Shown: positions 8,050 through 16,219 of the stretch, one piece after another
Layout of the letters: each line of letters opens with the position of its first letter
How positions within the stretch are numbered: position 1 is the first letter of the stretch
IMG/VR virus record: IMGVR_UViG_3300012933_000168
Strand: one strand, 5' to 3'
DNA length: 20,000 nucleotides
DNA from: an uncultured virus (IMG/VR IMGVR_UViG_3300012933_000168)
Lineage: Duplodnaviria > Heunggongvirae > Uroviricota > Caudoviricetes
The notes under the pieces: model-generated
The model's database searches: none
Told to the model about the DNA's origin: nothing
Seen by the model: only the letters and a program-made list of their open reading frames with translations
Position numbers and translations under genes: made by a program

Positions 8050-8282
8050 TGCATAGCCCTCAGTTGTGCGAACAAGCCCCAAAACTTGGCGGTCTTCGGG
8101 TCTTCCTCACCTGCATCCAATGCGTTACACACGCTCTCGGCTTCCTCCACCAGCTTCTTCATCACCTCGGCCACGTTCGCACCTTGCTCAAAGCCCAGTT
8201 CGTAGGCGTTGCCCATTGCCGTGATGGTGTTCTCATCACAGCTAACACTGCGTAACAGCGTAGTCATATCGTCTTTTGTCAT
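8046..8282 (-). CDS. hypothetical protein (78 aa)
   Basis: Coupled ORF on the coding strand. Confidence 0.68.
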   Translation of the reverse strand: MTKDDMTTLLRSVSCDENTITAMGNAYELGFEQGANVAEVMKKLVEEAESVCNALDAGEEDPKTAKFWGLFAQLRAMQ

Positions 8283-8283
8283 A

Positions 8284-8415
8284 TCAATCTTTCAAGAACC
8301 ATGTTTCTAAAAATTCGTTCACTGCTAGGTACACAAAGATGATGCCAATAAACATCACGATGCCCACACCCATCAGTAAACAAATCAACCCAATGTTTAC
8401 CAAGTCGCTATCCAT
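8284..8415 (-). CDS. small single-pass membrane protein (43 aa, MDSDLVNIGLICLLMGVGIVMFIGIIFVYL...)
   Basis: Translated by hand; TAATG-coupled; one long hydrophobic stretch. Confidence 0.65.
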   Translation of the reverse strand: MDSDLVNIGLICLLMGVGIVMFIGIIFVYLAVNEFLETWFLKD

Positions 8416-8621
8416 TACACCTGCTCCTTACGTGCAAAGTCCACACGCATGAACAGAGCCCAACCAAACAGCCCAGTGCTGATAGCGTAGAACATCCTGT
8501 CAGTACGCTCCCACATGAACGGGTCTGTGTCTGCGCCCACGATAGCCATGAACGGGTACACCATCAGCGCCGACACTATGAACGGCACGATACAAGTCAA
8601 TATTTCTTTCAGTTCTTTCAT
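8415..8621 (-). CDS. small two-TM membrane protein (68 aa)
   Basis: Two hydrophobic segments; coupled ORF. Confidence 0.7.
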   Translation of the reverse strand: MKELKEILTCIVPFIVSALMVYPFMAIVGADTDPFMWERTDRMFYAISTGLFGWALFMRVDFARKEQV

Positions 8622-8800
8622 TTGAATTTCCTCGTTAGGTTTTTGTCAGCCCACTCTGTGAACTTCTTGTCTGTGTTTGCTATCTTGCTGGCGCTCTTTG
8701 GCGGCGGTATCTTCCTCGGCTTCGGCTTGGGTTTCGGTTTAACCAACTCCCCGTTCTCGTACTTAGGCCAAGGTGCGTTAGGTGCTAGTACTGTTTTCAT
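8618..8800 (-). CDS. basic Pro/Lys-rich protein (60 aa, MKTVLAPNAPWP...)
   Basis: AAGGAG SD before ATG 8800; KPKPKPKP low-complexity stretch. Confidence 0.62.
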   Translation of the reverse strand: MKTVLAPNAPWPKYENGELVKPKPKPKPRKIPPPKSASKIANTDKKFTEWADKNLTRKFK

Positions 8801-9020
8801 TCTTCTCCTTGTGTTCAGTGGCCATACGGCGGTACTGAGAAATGTTGTTCTTGATTGCGCGGGGGTCGGCACTTGAGTTCTTACTGATGATCTGAGCTTG
8901 TGGAAAGTCAGCGAACACAATAAGAAAGTGCGAACCGTTGCGTGGATGGACTTCAGTTATCGTCAGTCCAGCCTTCTCGTACTCAACTAGTTGCTTGCGT
9001 AGGACTTTCGGGAACTTCAT
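8778..9020 (-). CDS. HicA-like (dsRBD-fold) small protein
   Basis: helix-G-x(6-8)-GSH-strand pattern and DPRAIKN...YRR C-terminal helix; ATGA-coupled start at 9020. Confidence 0.5.
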   Translation of the reverse strand: MKFPKVLRKQLVEYEKAGLTITEVHPRNGSHFLIVFADFPQAQIISKNSSADPRAIKNNISQYRRMATEHKEKNENSTST

Positions 9021-9220
9021 ACCACTAGCTTCACCAATATGCCGATGACTAACAATGTTAGGGCGTAGAGAATAATGTCGTTGATAGTCGGCGCGGGGCG
9101 CTTGTGCGCAATCCACCATTCACCTAGGCGGTCTTGGGGGAACGCCTCTTCTAGTGTGCGTGGGTAGCATCGGGTTGTAGGCCAACCTTCAAATTTGGGG
9201 TTTGGTTTCTTCATCTTCAT
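9017..9220 (-). CDS. small membrane-anchored phage protein (TTRCYPRTLEEAFP motif + C-terminal TM)
   Basis: ORF track; hydrophobic C-terminus. Confidence 0.7.
   Translation of the reverse strand: MKMKKPNPKFEGWPTTRCYPRTLEEAFPQDRLGEWWIAHKRPAPTINDIILYALTLLVIGILVKLVV
9049..9061. repeat. 13-bp palindrome CTAACAATGTTAG (inverted centre), intragenic
   Basis: Exact match. Confidence 0.95.
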
Positions 9221-10022
9221 TCTCCAAAATCAACACAAAACTTTCATCATTAACTCGGCAACCTATACCAGTTACCATCGCTTCCTTCTCCACCAGCTTG
9301 AGCATACCTAGCTTGCCGCGTAGCTCGACGGGTAAAGTCACATCATCATACAGTTGTACATTGTCACGTATCTTAACAATATATTTGCTGTCTGCCAATA
9401 CCACCAATGCAGTTCTGTTGTTCTGAAACGCCTTAATAGTTTCGGCAATCGTCACCATGTCGGCTCGGACATCCTCTAACATTGTTAGGTGTTCCAGCAT
9501 AGCTGTATTGTGGTTGTGCTTCAGCTCCAAGATGTACTGACTCATGTTGGCTTTTGCCCACTTATACAAGTCGTTCTCAATCGGACGCTCATGCTCACGT
9601 TGCTTGCTTTGGTTGCGATAGCTTTGATTCTCCAGTACACCCTCGGCTACCACTAACGCTTTGTTGACACGCTCGGATAGATTCATCGGGCCGAATGTCT
9701 TCTTCACTCGCAGGTACGCTTTGTCTACCTTGTCGGTGTGGTATGCGTTCTTACGTGTGTTGTTAGCACCAATGCGGTCGTTACGCACAAACAGCTTCTG
9801 ACTACTGCCGTACCACTCAGAGCCGATATAGCCCAGCTCCTCACTACCATCTACCACACGGAATGTACGGAACCCCACCACCTCGACAGTCCATAGTGGA
9901 TGCTTGGTCGCCACTTCCCACGCCAGCATCTTGGCCTCGCCATGTAGCTGGTTCTCGTCAATCGGTTTCTCATTCTTACCCATACGCACGTTGGGCAACT
10001 TCATCAATTCAATAGCCATCAT
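9189..10022 (-). CDS. hypothetical phage protein (277 aa)
   Basis: Long ORF with GAGG SD; no motif recognised. Confidence 0.82.
   Translation of the reverse strand: MMAIELMKLPNVRMGKNEKPIDENQLHGEAKMLAWEVATKHPLWTVEVVGFRTFRVVDGSEELGYIGSEWYGSSQKLFVRNDRIGANNTRKNAYHTDKVDKAYLRVKKTFGPMNLSERVNKALVVAEGVLENQSYRNQSKQREHERPIENDLYKWAKANMSQYILELKHNHNTAMLEHLTMLEDVRADMVTIAETIKAFQNNRTALVVLADSKYIVKIRDNVQLYDDVTLPVELRGKLGMLKLVEKEAMVTGIGCRVNDESFVLILENEDEETKPQI
9476..9488. repeat. 13-bp palindrome, intragenic (encodes LTML)
   Basis: Exact match. Confidence 0.95.
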
Positions 10023-10193
10023 TCAATCCTCTCTTAATAAATCTAACCACATCTTTACTTCGCTGGGCTTCACCCACTTCTTCAACACCTTGGTGCTGTG
10101 ATGGAAACCCCAAAAGGTCTCACGCACAATGAAGTAGCGGTTGGTCTTCCCTGTCTCGTGCCGCTTGGCAAGATACTTTACGTTGTCATCCAT
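10023..10193 (-). CDS. small hypothetical protein (56 aa, MDDNVKYLAKRH...WLDLLRED)
   Basis: Translated by hand; fills the gap; GGAG upstream. Confidence 0.62.
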   Translation of the reverse strand: MDDNVKYLAKRHETGKTNRYFIVRETFWGFHHSTKVLKKWVKPSEVKMWLDLLRED

Positions 10194-10417
10194 ACATCTT
10201 TTTCTCCGTTAAACAAAATCAAATTCAAATACGCGACAGCTTCATCGTCTGACAAATCCCGTGCCACTACTTCAGTAGTCCAACCACTTCGGGGGCCCAT
10301 ACTTGTACGGGTGATAGACCACCCTGTCGGTTGGCTGGCTAGCCCATACTCATGTATGGCGTTACTACTGTTCACGCGCCACGCATACCCCTGCGTTAAT
10401 TGTTCTTTGACTACCAT
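10178..10417 (-). CDS. small hypothetical protein (79 aa)
   Basis: ORF on the coding strand; C-terminal EVVARDL..EA...L motif shared with other small ORFs. Confidence 0.65.
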   Translation of the reverse strand: MVVKEQLTQGYAWRVNSSNAIHEYGLASQPTGWSITRTSMGPRSGWTTEVVARDLSDDEAVAYLNLILFNGEKDVWMTT

Positions 10418-11268
10418 TCAAACTTCTGCAAAATCGCATCTACCTTGTTCTTCAAGTTCTCACGAACCATCGAACTCTCTTTGATGTACTCAATGTCAGC
10501 ACCGAGCATCGTCTGCTCCAACTGCTTACGTGCTTCCTCCAGCTTGGGGTCGTTCGTAATGTTCATCTTGTCCAGCAAGCCACACAAGTCCACAGCATTG
10601 GTCACGAGCGAGTCGTGGTAACGCTTCTTGGTATCGCCAAACTCATCCTCGTCCTTCAGCTTCTCTGACATGGCGGTCAACACACTGTGCAGTCGCTCCC
10701 ATGGGGTACGCATAGCCTCGGCCAATCGCTCGTCGAACTTGGCTTCATAGTTAGACTTCATCTCCTCTAACTCATTCGCTGATATGTCCAAGCGAAAGTC
10801 ACCAGACTCAGGTATCGGGTCAATCGCCATACGGAAACCGAACTTCATCTGCACCTCTGCAATGTCAGGGTAGTCACTCGCTCGGTACATCGTGCCCAAG
10901 TGCGTCTGTGCTTCGCTAACCAACTGCGGGTAGGCGATAAAGAAGTTACTGCACATCTGCTTGAACTGTGCCTCGTAGTTGTTCATCGTCTGCTTGTATT
11001 CCATGAACAGCTTGGTCGGCAACAGTCGCTGGCCCTTGTCGGCCCAAGGCATCGTGTGCTGGTTGTGATAGAGGCGTATACGCGCCGCCAGCTTCTCAAT
11101 GTCTTTGCGTAGTGACGTACCTGCAAACAGATTCTTCCTTGTCTGCGAGGCATCACGTACTGCTGACGCATTGGCATTTACTGTGTCCGTCATCTCTCGG
11201 TCAACCTTGTTGGCTGGCCACACACTTATGTTCAGTTCCACTAGAACCGCGCTTGATGCAATACTCAT
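10411..11268 (-). CDS. DUF3150-like phage protein
   Basis: LVELNISVW...K.D, TLPW-like TMPWADKGQRLLP, DYP...V..KF, NITNDPKL motifs; this type of protein often occurs near AAA/vWA genes. Confidence 0.7.
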   Translation of the reverse strand: MSIASSAVLVELNISVWPANKVDREMTDTVNANASAVRDASQTRKNLFAGTSLRKDIEKLAARIRLYHNQHTMPWADKGQRLLPTKLFMEYKQTMNNYEAQFKQMCSNFFIAYPQLVSEAQTHLGTMYRASDYPDIAEVQMKFGFRMAIDPIPESGDFRLDISANELEEMKSNYEAKFDERLAEAMRTPWERLHSVLTAMSEKLKDEDEFGDTKKRYHDSLVTNAVDLCGLLDKMNITNDPKLEEARKQLEQTMLGADIEYIKESSMVRENLKNKVDAILQKFEW

Positions 11269-11729
11269 TTCATTTCTCCTTCAGGTTTCATATCTAACAA
11301 CTTCAACTGTCGTGCAATGTCGCACACTTCCTCTTTCACCCACTCGAACGTGCGGTAGGTATCTCTCATGTGATGGCTAATGTCTGTCTCGGTGTACTCC
11401 ATCAACGTAGCCACCAGCTTCGGGCTAAAGTCCCCTGCGTGTGAGCAGTCGAACCCAACCACCCACTCGTCTGTCTCCTTGTCTTTCTCCGAGTACGTCA
11501 GCCCACCATGCGCTTCAATACCCCTATCGTTGAGCCAGTCGTAGTTGAACCCGTACGCCTTGTGCCCCCTTGGTATAGCCACGTACCCGTTCAGGTGTCC
11601 GAGCGTTCCATGTCGCCACACTGTGCACTTGTACCCAGTCAGGTCATGTACCCACTCCTCGTTGTCAGGCTCGTGTTCCCACGGGCGGTCGCTTATCAGC
11701 AACTTCATCTTCTGTTCTGCATCTAACAT
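11265..11729 (-). CDS. conserved phage protein (GHLNGYV...HGGLTY...GFDCSHAGD family)
   Basis: Recognisable widespread phage motif set; the ATG lies inside a palindrome copy. Confidence 0.82.
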   Translation of the reverse strand: MLDAEQKMKLLISDRPWEHEPDNEEWVHDLTGYKCTVWRHGTLGHLNGYVAIPRGHKAYGFNYDWLNDRGIEAHGGLTYSEKDKETDEWVVGFDCSHAGDFSPKLVATLMEYTETDISHHMRDTYRTFEWVKEEVCDIARQLKLLDMKPEGEMK

Positions 11730-11735
11730 TGTTAG
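11723..11735. repeat. 13-bp palindrome at a stop/start junction
   Basis: Exact match; contains TAA (11732-11734) and ATG (11729). Confidence 0.95.
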
Positions 11736-11968
11736 CCTCCTTCATGTTTCGCGTTACTCAATAGCATCTTCACCATTCCGTGTGCTACTTCTTCACCTTC
11801 GTAGATACCCATAGGTTGCTTCTCTCCTCTCAATCCAATGGCGTACTTGTGCGAGTCGGTGATGAAGTCGCGTTGCCACTGCACCCAAAAGCCAATCTGA
11901 CCCAATGCCATGTTTGCGGATACCCACTTCATCTCGTGCTCATGCTCGTCTCTACTACTTATAGCCAT
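11732..11968 (-). CDS. small hypothetical protein (78 aa, MAISSRDE...)
   Basis: GGAGGAG SD before ATG 11968; the TAA stop lies inside a palindrome copy. Confidence 0.7.
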   Translation of the reverse strand: MAISSRDEHEHEMKWVSANMALGQIGFWVQWQRDFITDSHKYAIGLRGEKQPMGIYEGEEVAHGMVKMLLSNAKHEGG

Positions 11969-12216
11969 CACTCCTCCTTCTTCAGTAGCTTCATGTAGTT
12001 CTTCATTTCTTTCTCGTTCAACCCCCACGCCACACGCATCCCATCCTTGCCGTAGATAGTCCACTTCCCATACTTGCGCTTGGAGTAGTAGTCGGGGTTG
12101 TACTTGTACCATTGCTCTTGGAACACGTTGGCCACCGTACCCCGCATACTCCGCGTCAATGCCTCGGCGTACTGCTTGCCAATCCTCTCCAGCATTTCAT
12201 CTTCTAGCGTACTCAT
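11968..12216 (-). CDS. small hypothetical protein (82 aa)
   Basis: Coupled ORF; C-terminal VAWGL.EKEM...MKLL motif. Confidence 0.7.
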   Translation of the reverse strand: MSTLEDEMLERIGKQYAEALTRSMRGTVANVFQEQWYKYNPDYYSKRKYGKWTIYGKDGMRVAWGLNEKEMKNYMKLLKKEE

Positions 12217-12217
12217 A

Positions 12218-12442
12218 TCAATCCTCGGGCTTTCCCGCCAGCTTGTACATGGCGTAGGTGTCTCTGCTAATCAGCTTCGCGTTCATTTGCTCCTCCAGCA
12301 TAAAGATGTGGTGTGTCGCCCCTGTCGCTCCGTTGTACTTGCATCGGTACTTCTCCGCCTTCTCAAGTATCTTCATCAACGCCATCGCATCCTCGACTGG
12401 CAACACCATGTCCCCGTAGGGCATCGTCACAATCATCGGCAT
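12218..12442 (-). CDS. small hypothetical protein (~74 aa)
   Basis: Start at 12442 follows GGAAGG; the ORF track extends to 12463. Confidence 0.68.
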   Translation of the reverse strand: MPMIVTMPYGDMVLPVEDAMALMKILEKAEKYRCKYNGATGATHHIFMLEEQMNAKLISRDTYAMYKLAGKPED

Positions 12443-12443
12443 A

Positions 12444-12689
12444 TCAATCCTTCCATAATTCAAACAACTTCAACGTACCCTTCAGTCCATCGAACGTCAG
12501 GTTCCTGTGCACTTCATCCGTGCCGTCAAGCCTTACCCATCCACCCTTCGCGGGTTTCAATCGCCCTATGAAGTGAAAGCGCAGGTTGTAACGCCACGGC
12601 CTCCACCACACTCGGCTGACTGACCACGCATATAACTGAGATGGATGGTCGGGCGGCACCATGTACATATCCCCGCACTTAATCTTCAT
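12444..12689 (-). CDS. small hypothetical protein (81 aa)
   Basis: ORF directly after the vWA gene. Confidence 0.65.
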   Translation of the reverse strand: MKIKCGDMYMVPPDHPSQLYAWSVSRVWWRPWRYNLRFHFIGRLKPAKGGWVRLDGTDEVHRNLTFDGLKGTLKLFELWKD

Positions 12690-12691
12690 GT

Positions 12692-13906
12692 TTAGACTTC
12701 GAGGTAGATTGTTTTACCGTTGTCGGACACTGCGCTTGTGTTGCCACCACTGATGACCCACATAGTCGGCGCTGTCCACTCGCTACCCCAGTTCGGTACG
12801 TAGCCGTCAGTCAGCACAATCACACACTCGGGCACGATGTTCTCGTCTTTCAGGTACTGAGATACACAGCTTGGGTCTGTACCACCACCGCCTCGTGGCT
12901 TGGTCGAGCTAACAATGTTAGATACATCACCACCCTCGTACTTCTCATGCCCTGCCACATGGCCGTCCCAGTAAATCAAGTCCACCACCTCGGGGCTGAC
13001 TTCCTCGGCGATACCCTGTACCTCGGATAAGAACTCGGCAAGCTCAGGCCCACCGATAGAACCCGATGTGTCGATAGCCACAACCAAGTGACCAACCTTC
13101 TCGCCAATCATGCTGGGCATATACATACCTGTGCTGAGGAATCGGCGGTTCACACGACGCCATGAGCTTGTGTCTTTGTTAGAACACGTAGCCTTAACGA
13201 AGTCGCGCAACACTTCACGCCAATCAATCTTGGGTGCAAGTAAGTCTTCCAGTTCACGGTCGAGCATCCCACCGCCTTTGCCAGCGTTCTTCTGATGTGC
13301 AATCAAGCCTTGACGAATCGCTTGGTCAATCTCACGCGCCAACTCTTTCTTCTCGTCCTCGGTCAGGTTCTCAGCGCCTTCCCAATCATGTTCATCGAAG
13401 CCGTCACCACCGCCACCGTTGGGGTCGTTCTTCTTCTCCTCTTTGAGAATGTCGTAGACCTGCTTGGTGTTCATGCCACGGAATCGTTCGTCAACCAAGC
13501 CCATGAAGTCACCCTTCTTAGCCTTGGGGTGTCCTGTGTCCTCGGCGTAGCGTGGCATAGCGATGACTGACTCGTTCGGGTCTAAGTCCTTGAGCATCAA
13601 GTTAATCACGTAGTCCATAGCTTGATTAGCCAACTGCGCGTCCTCGGTGTGCAACTTAGTCCACGTTGTCAGGTGGCGGTACATCTTGTGCCCAGCCTCA
13701 TGCGCAATCACAAATGCCAGTTCCCTGTCGCTCATCTTCTTAACGAACGCACGGCCATACATCTCGTCGCGTCCGTTGGTACACGCTGTCGGAATGTCAT
13801 CGCGTACATGGGTCTTGCCCACCATCATCACGCCTTGTAGTAGTGCGAACTTGGGGTTGCGCATTACTGTGATTTTTGCTTTCTGCAATTTACGTTCTTC
13901 TAACAT
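12692..13906 (-). CDS. DUF2201-like protein: N-terminal HExxH metallopeptidase-like domain + C-terminal vWA domain
   Basis: TACTNG, HEAGH, ANQAMDYVIN; MIDAS DTSGS, GGGGTD, LTDG. Confidence 0.9.
   Translation of the reverse strand: MLEERKLQKAKITVMRNPKFALLQGVMMVGKTHVRDDIPTACTNGRDEMYGRAFVKKMSDRELAFVIAHEAGHKMYRHLTTWTKLHTEDAQLANQAMDYVINLMLKDLDPNESVIAMPRYAEDTGHPKAKKGDFMGLVDERFRGMNTKQVYDILKEEKKNDPNGGGGDGFDEHDWEGAENLTEDEKKELAREIDQAIRQGLIAHQKNAGKGGGMLDRELEDLLAPKIDWREVLRDFVKATCSNKDTSSWRRVNRRFLSTGMYMPSMIGEKVGHLVVAIDTSGSIGGPELAEFLSEVQGIAEEVSPEVVDLIYWDGHVAGHEKYEGGDVSNIVSSTKPRGGGGTDPSCVSQYLKDENIVPECVIVLTDGYVPNWGSEWTAPTMWVISGGNTSAVSDNGKTIYLEV
12909..12921. repeat. 13-bp palindrome (inverted centre) inside the vWA domain (SNIVS)
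   Basis: Exact match. Confidence 0.95.
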
Positions 13907-13912
13907 TGTTAG
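13900..13912. repeat. 13-bp palindrome over the vWA gene start codon
   Basis: Exact match; ATG 13906 with AAGGAG directly upstream. Confidence 0.95.
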
Positions 13913-13920
13913 CTCCTTGT

Positions 13921-14295
13921 TTAAAAATCTGAATTGATACTTCTAGCCACACTCAACCGATAGTCGGAATAGTCCGAACGGTTCTGCTCAATGTCATCGG
14001 TGTCCTCACCGATACGCACGAACTCGTAAGCCCAGCGCCTCTCGCTAGCTTCCTCTCCATCGGCTAACTCCAAGAAGTTAGATGCGAACCTGTTGAACGC
14101 TTGCACATCGGGGTAGCTGTCGTACCACTTCCATCCATCGCCTTCAAACATATACCCCGCATACCTACCGTTGTCTATTGGATGTAGGTCGCCCTTCAAC
14201 TCGTCGGGAAAGTTCTCGTCCACGTACAGTTTCAGTACTGGCGCGTGTTCCTTCGGCGCATAGAACGCCGCCTTTATGTCACTGCGATAGCCCAT
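13921..14295 (-). CDS. hypothetical phage protein (MGYRSD...KWY..YPDV...F.RIGED family)
   Basis: GAGGAGG SD before ATG 14295. Confidence 0.78.
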   Translation of the reverse strand: MGYRSDIKAAFYAPKEHAPVLKLYVDENFPDELKGDLHPIDNGRYAGYMFEGDGWKWYDSYPDVQAFNRFASNFLELADGEEASERRWAYEFVRIGEDTDDIEQNRSDYSDYRLSVARSINSDF

Positions 14296-14518
14296 CGTTT
14301 TCCTCCTCAATACTGTTTAACAAAATACACATAGCATCGGCCTTGTCCTTCGTCTCATACTTACCCATGCCGATGTTGTCGAACTTGCGTCTGTCGCATA
14401 CCTCCCACCCCTTGAGTTGCAGGTATCCTGTTACTGAGTCAGGCTCAGTTACCCATCGTGTGAAGTACCTGTTCAAGTTCCCATGTCCGTCTGTGTACTC
14501 GTCTCTCATGGAATCCAA
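14279..14518 (-). CDS. small hypothetical protein (79 aa)
   Basis: ORF on the coding strand with short overlaps to its neighbours. Confidence 0.65.
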   Translation of the reverse strand: MDSMRDEYTDGHGNLNRYFTRWVTEPDSVTGYLQLKGWEVCDRRKFDNIGMGKYETKDKADAMCILLNSIEEENDGLSQ

Positions 14519-14862
14519 CTCGACTTCTGCTTGTATGCCCTTGCCAATACTTCAGCCTCGTTAATCAACATGAACAACGTAGCCTCCATCTGTGCAGGGT
14601 CGGATGTTTCCAGCAGTACCTCGCGCTTCTTTTTCGGTAGGTCGGTCTGCGTGTGTTGCGCTGTCGGTGTCTCTTGCTCCCACTTGACCAACACGCATCG
14701 GTACTCGGGGTGCAATGCGCTGTACAACATACGGCGCTCAATGTTTAGTTGATAGCCCCACATCATGCGGTTCAAGTACTTGAACATATCGTTGCACTTC
14801 TCCCATTCGAGCGGCCAGTCCATGTGCTTGTTCTTGTGGTTGTTCATCTGTGCATATAACAT
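14506..14862 (-). CDS. hypothetical protein (118 aa, MLYAQMNNHK...)
   Basis: Start reassigned to ATG 14862 inside the palindrome variant, 2 nt after the upstream TAA, with a GGAGAG SD. Confidence 0.72.
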   Translation of the reverse strand: MLYAQMNNHKNKHMDWPLEWEKCNDMFKYLNRMMWGYQLNIERRMLYSALHPEYRCVLVKWEQETPTAQHTQTDLPKKKREVLLETSDPAQMEATLFMLINEAEVLARAYKQKSSWIP

Positions 14863-14868
14863 TGTTAG
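14856..14868. repeat. palindrome variant ATAACATTGTTAG (1 mismatch) at a stop/start junction
   Basis: 12/13 match; TAA 14865-14867 and ATG 14862. Confidence 0.9.
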
Positions 14869-15068
14869 TCTCTCCACATCGTTAGCTTCTTGTACTCTTT
14901 CACCTGTCGGCGTACCTGTATGTGAATAGCCACAACCTCCGCCTCGTTGCCGAGTTGTTTTTGTAGGGCATCCACAACGTGTTTCCACTCCCCTGCTTGA
15001 GTGTGGCTATCCATAATCAACGTCGCCGCATCACGCACGAGTTGGTCGGTGTCAATCGTCACTAACAT
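14865..15068 (-). CDS. small hypothetical protein (67 aa) bounded by palindromes at both start and stop
   Basis: ATG in the 15062 copy and TAA in the 14856 copy. Confidence 0.72.
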   Translation of the reverse strand: MLVTIDTDQLVRDAATLIMDSHTQAGEWKHVVDALQKQLGNEAEVVAIHIQVRRQVKEYKKLTMWRD

Positions 15069-15074
15069 TGTTAG
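15062..15074. repeat. 13-bp palindrome over a start codon
   Basis: Exact match; ATG 15068. Confidence 0.95.
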
Positions 15075-15081
15075 TCTCCTA

Positions 15082-15099
15082 GGCGGGGTTTCCCCCGCC
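15082..15099 (-). other. GC-rich RNA hairpin with GAAA tetraloop (GGCGGGG-GAAA-CCCCGCC)
   Basis: Perfect 7-bp stem just after the AAA gene stop; no U-tract, so not a clear intrinsic terminator. Confidence 0.6.
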
Positions 15100-15106
15100 G
15101 TTCTCG

Positions 15107-16177
15107 TTACAGCAAGTCTTGGTTCTTAGCGACCCAGTCGGCGAACGCCTTAGCGCCGAACGCGATGGATTGTTTCGATGGTGTCTTAGCAATGTTGATT
15201 GCGAACACGGCTTGCCACTCTGCGTCGAAGCGTTCCAAGTACTCCATGAATGGGGCGATGTTGGTCTTGTCGATACGAGCGATTGCACCGAAGATAACGA
15301 TGGCACAAGCGCCAGGACTTGTCGGTACTTTCGTATGCTTAGGGTCTTTGATGGTGTCCTCCCATGATGGAAGTTGGTCAGAGAACTCGATGTACGCTTG
15401 CATATCACGAGCCGCCGCTTCACCAATCGCACCACTGAGCGCCGCGATAACAGAGTCAGAGTCATTCTGCTTACGGGTACTAACAATGTTAGATGCCGTT
15501 GCCAGTGAACGAGGAGACACGAACGCAACCTGTGGCTTCTTGGGGTTGAAGATGTACGGGTTGTCGCCTTGTCCTGCGTCGGTATAGCTAGCCATTGCGT
15601 GAGGGAATCGGTTAACCCACGCCAACACCTCAGCCGCGATGCCGTTGTTCATGCCCCACTCAATCCATTCCTCAGATGTTGGCTTGGCAATAGTCACGGG
15701 CACGATACGGTTCAAGCTGTGCGCCTTCATGTTGTCGCCCACACCATCGGTCGATAAGTTACCAGTCAGGAAACAGATTGTGTCCTTGGGCAATGGGATG
15801 TCACCGAGTCGTGGGTTTGCCTTCTCAAGCATGGGGTGCAACATATTCTTAACTGGGTCAGCGCCTTTGCTGAACTCGTCAAGCATGATGACCATTGGCT
15901 TGCCTGTATGAATACCGAAACGTGCGTTGGGGTAGTAGCGGGTCGTCTTAGTCTCGTGGTCAATCACGGGCATTGCAATGTCGCCCAAGTCCATGTTCGG
16001 TACGTCGATGTACGCATGGTCGTAGCCTAGTGGTGCGGCGATTGCTTCTAGCAGAGAAGACTTACCAATTCCGGGCTCACCTCGTAGCATGAAGCGGGTA
16101 CTTGGGTTGGTGCGAATCAGGTTCGCGGCTTGCTTCAATGTGATGGTCTTACCAAATTTAACTTCTGACATTTTCAT
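15107..16177 (-). CDS. MoxR/AAA_5-like AAA+ ATPase
   Basis: Walker A GEPGIGKS, Walker B IMLDE, sensor TGN, R-finger SLNR, SPRS sensor 2. Confidence 0.9.
   Translation of the reverse strand: MKMSEVKFGKTITLKQAANLIRTNPSTRFMLRGEPGIGKSSLLEAIAAPLGYDHAYIDVPNMDLGDIAMPVIDHETKTTRYYPNARFGIHTGKPMVIMLDEFSKGADPVKNMLHPMLEKANPRLGDIPLPKDTICFLTGNLSTDGVGDNMKAHSLNRIVPVTIAKPTSEEWIEWGMNNGIAAEVLAWVNRFPHAMASYTDAGQGDNPYIFNPKKPQVAFVSPRSLATASNIVSTRKQNDSDSVIAALSGAIGEAAARDMQAYIEFSDQLPSWEDTIKDPKHTKVPTSPGACAIVIFGAIARIDKTNIAPFMEYLERFDAEWQAVFAINIAKTPSKQSIAFGAKAFADWVAKNQDLL
15480..15492. repeat. 13-bp palindrome (inverted centre) inside the AAA gene (SNIVS)
   Basis: Exact match. Confidence 0.95.
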
Positions 16178-16219
16178 TTCCTTCGTTGATTACTGCTAAC
16201 GCAGTTGTTATCTCTATGC

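Noticed and set aside
8700..8740. TTCGGC/TTGGGT-like short tandem repeats
   Set aside because: They simply encode the KPKPKPKP low-complexity peptide.
14863..14988. N-terminal extension of the 14506..14988 ORF (similarly 19594..19626, 11969..12112, 7130..7216, 9021..9119)
   Set aside because: These extensions overlap upstream genes. Downstream ATGs with a proper SD or stop/start coupling are better starts.
15082..15099. Intrinsic terminator call for the GC hairpin
   Set aside because: There is no U-tract on the coding strand, so it is kept only as a hairpin.
15079..15528. 149-aa alternative-frame ORF within the AAA gene
   Set aside because: It is almost entirely nested in a well-supported gene, has a Ser/Arg-rich off-frame composition and no clear SD.
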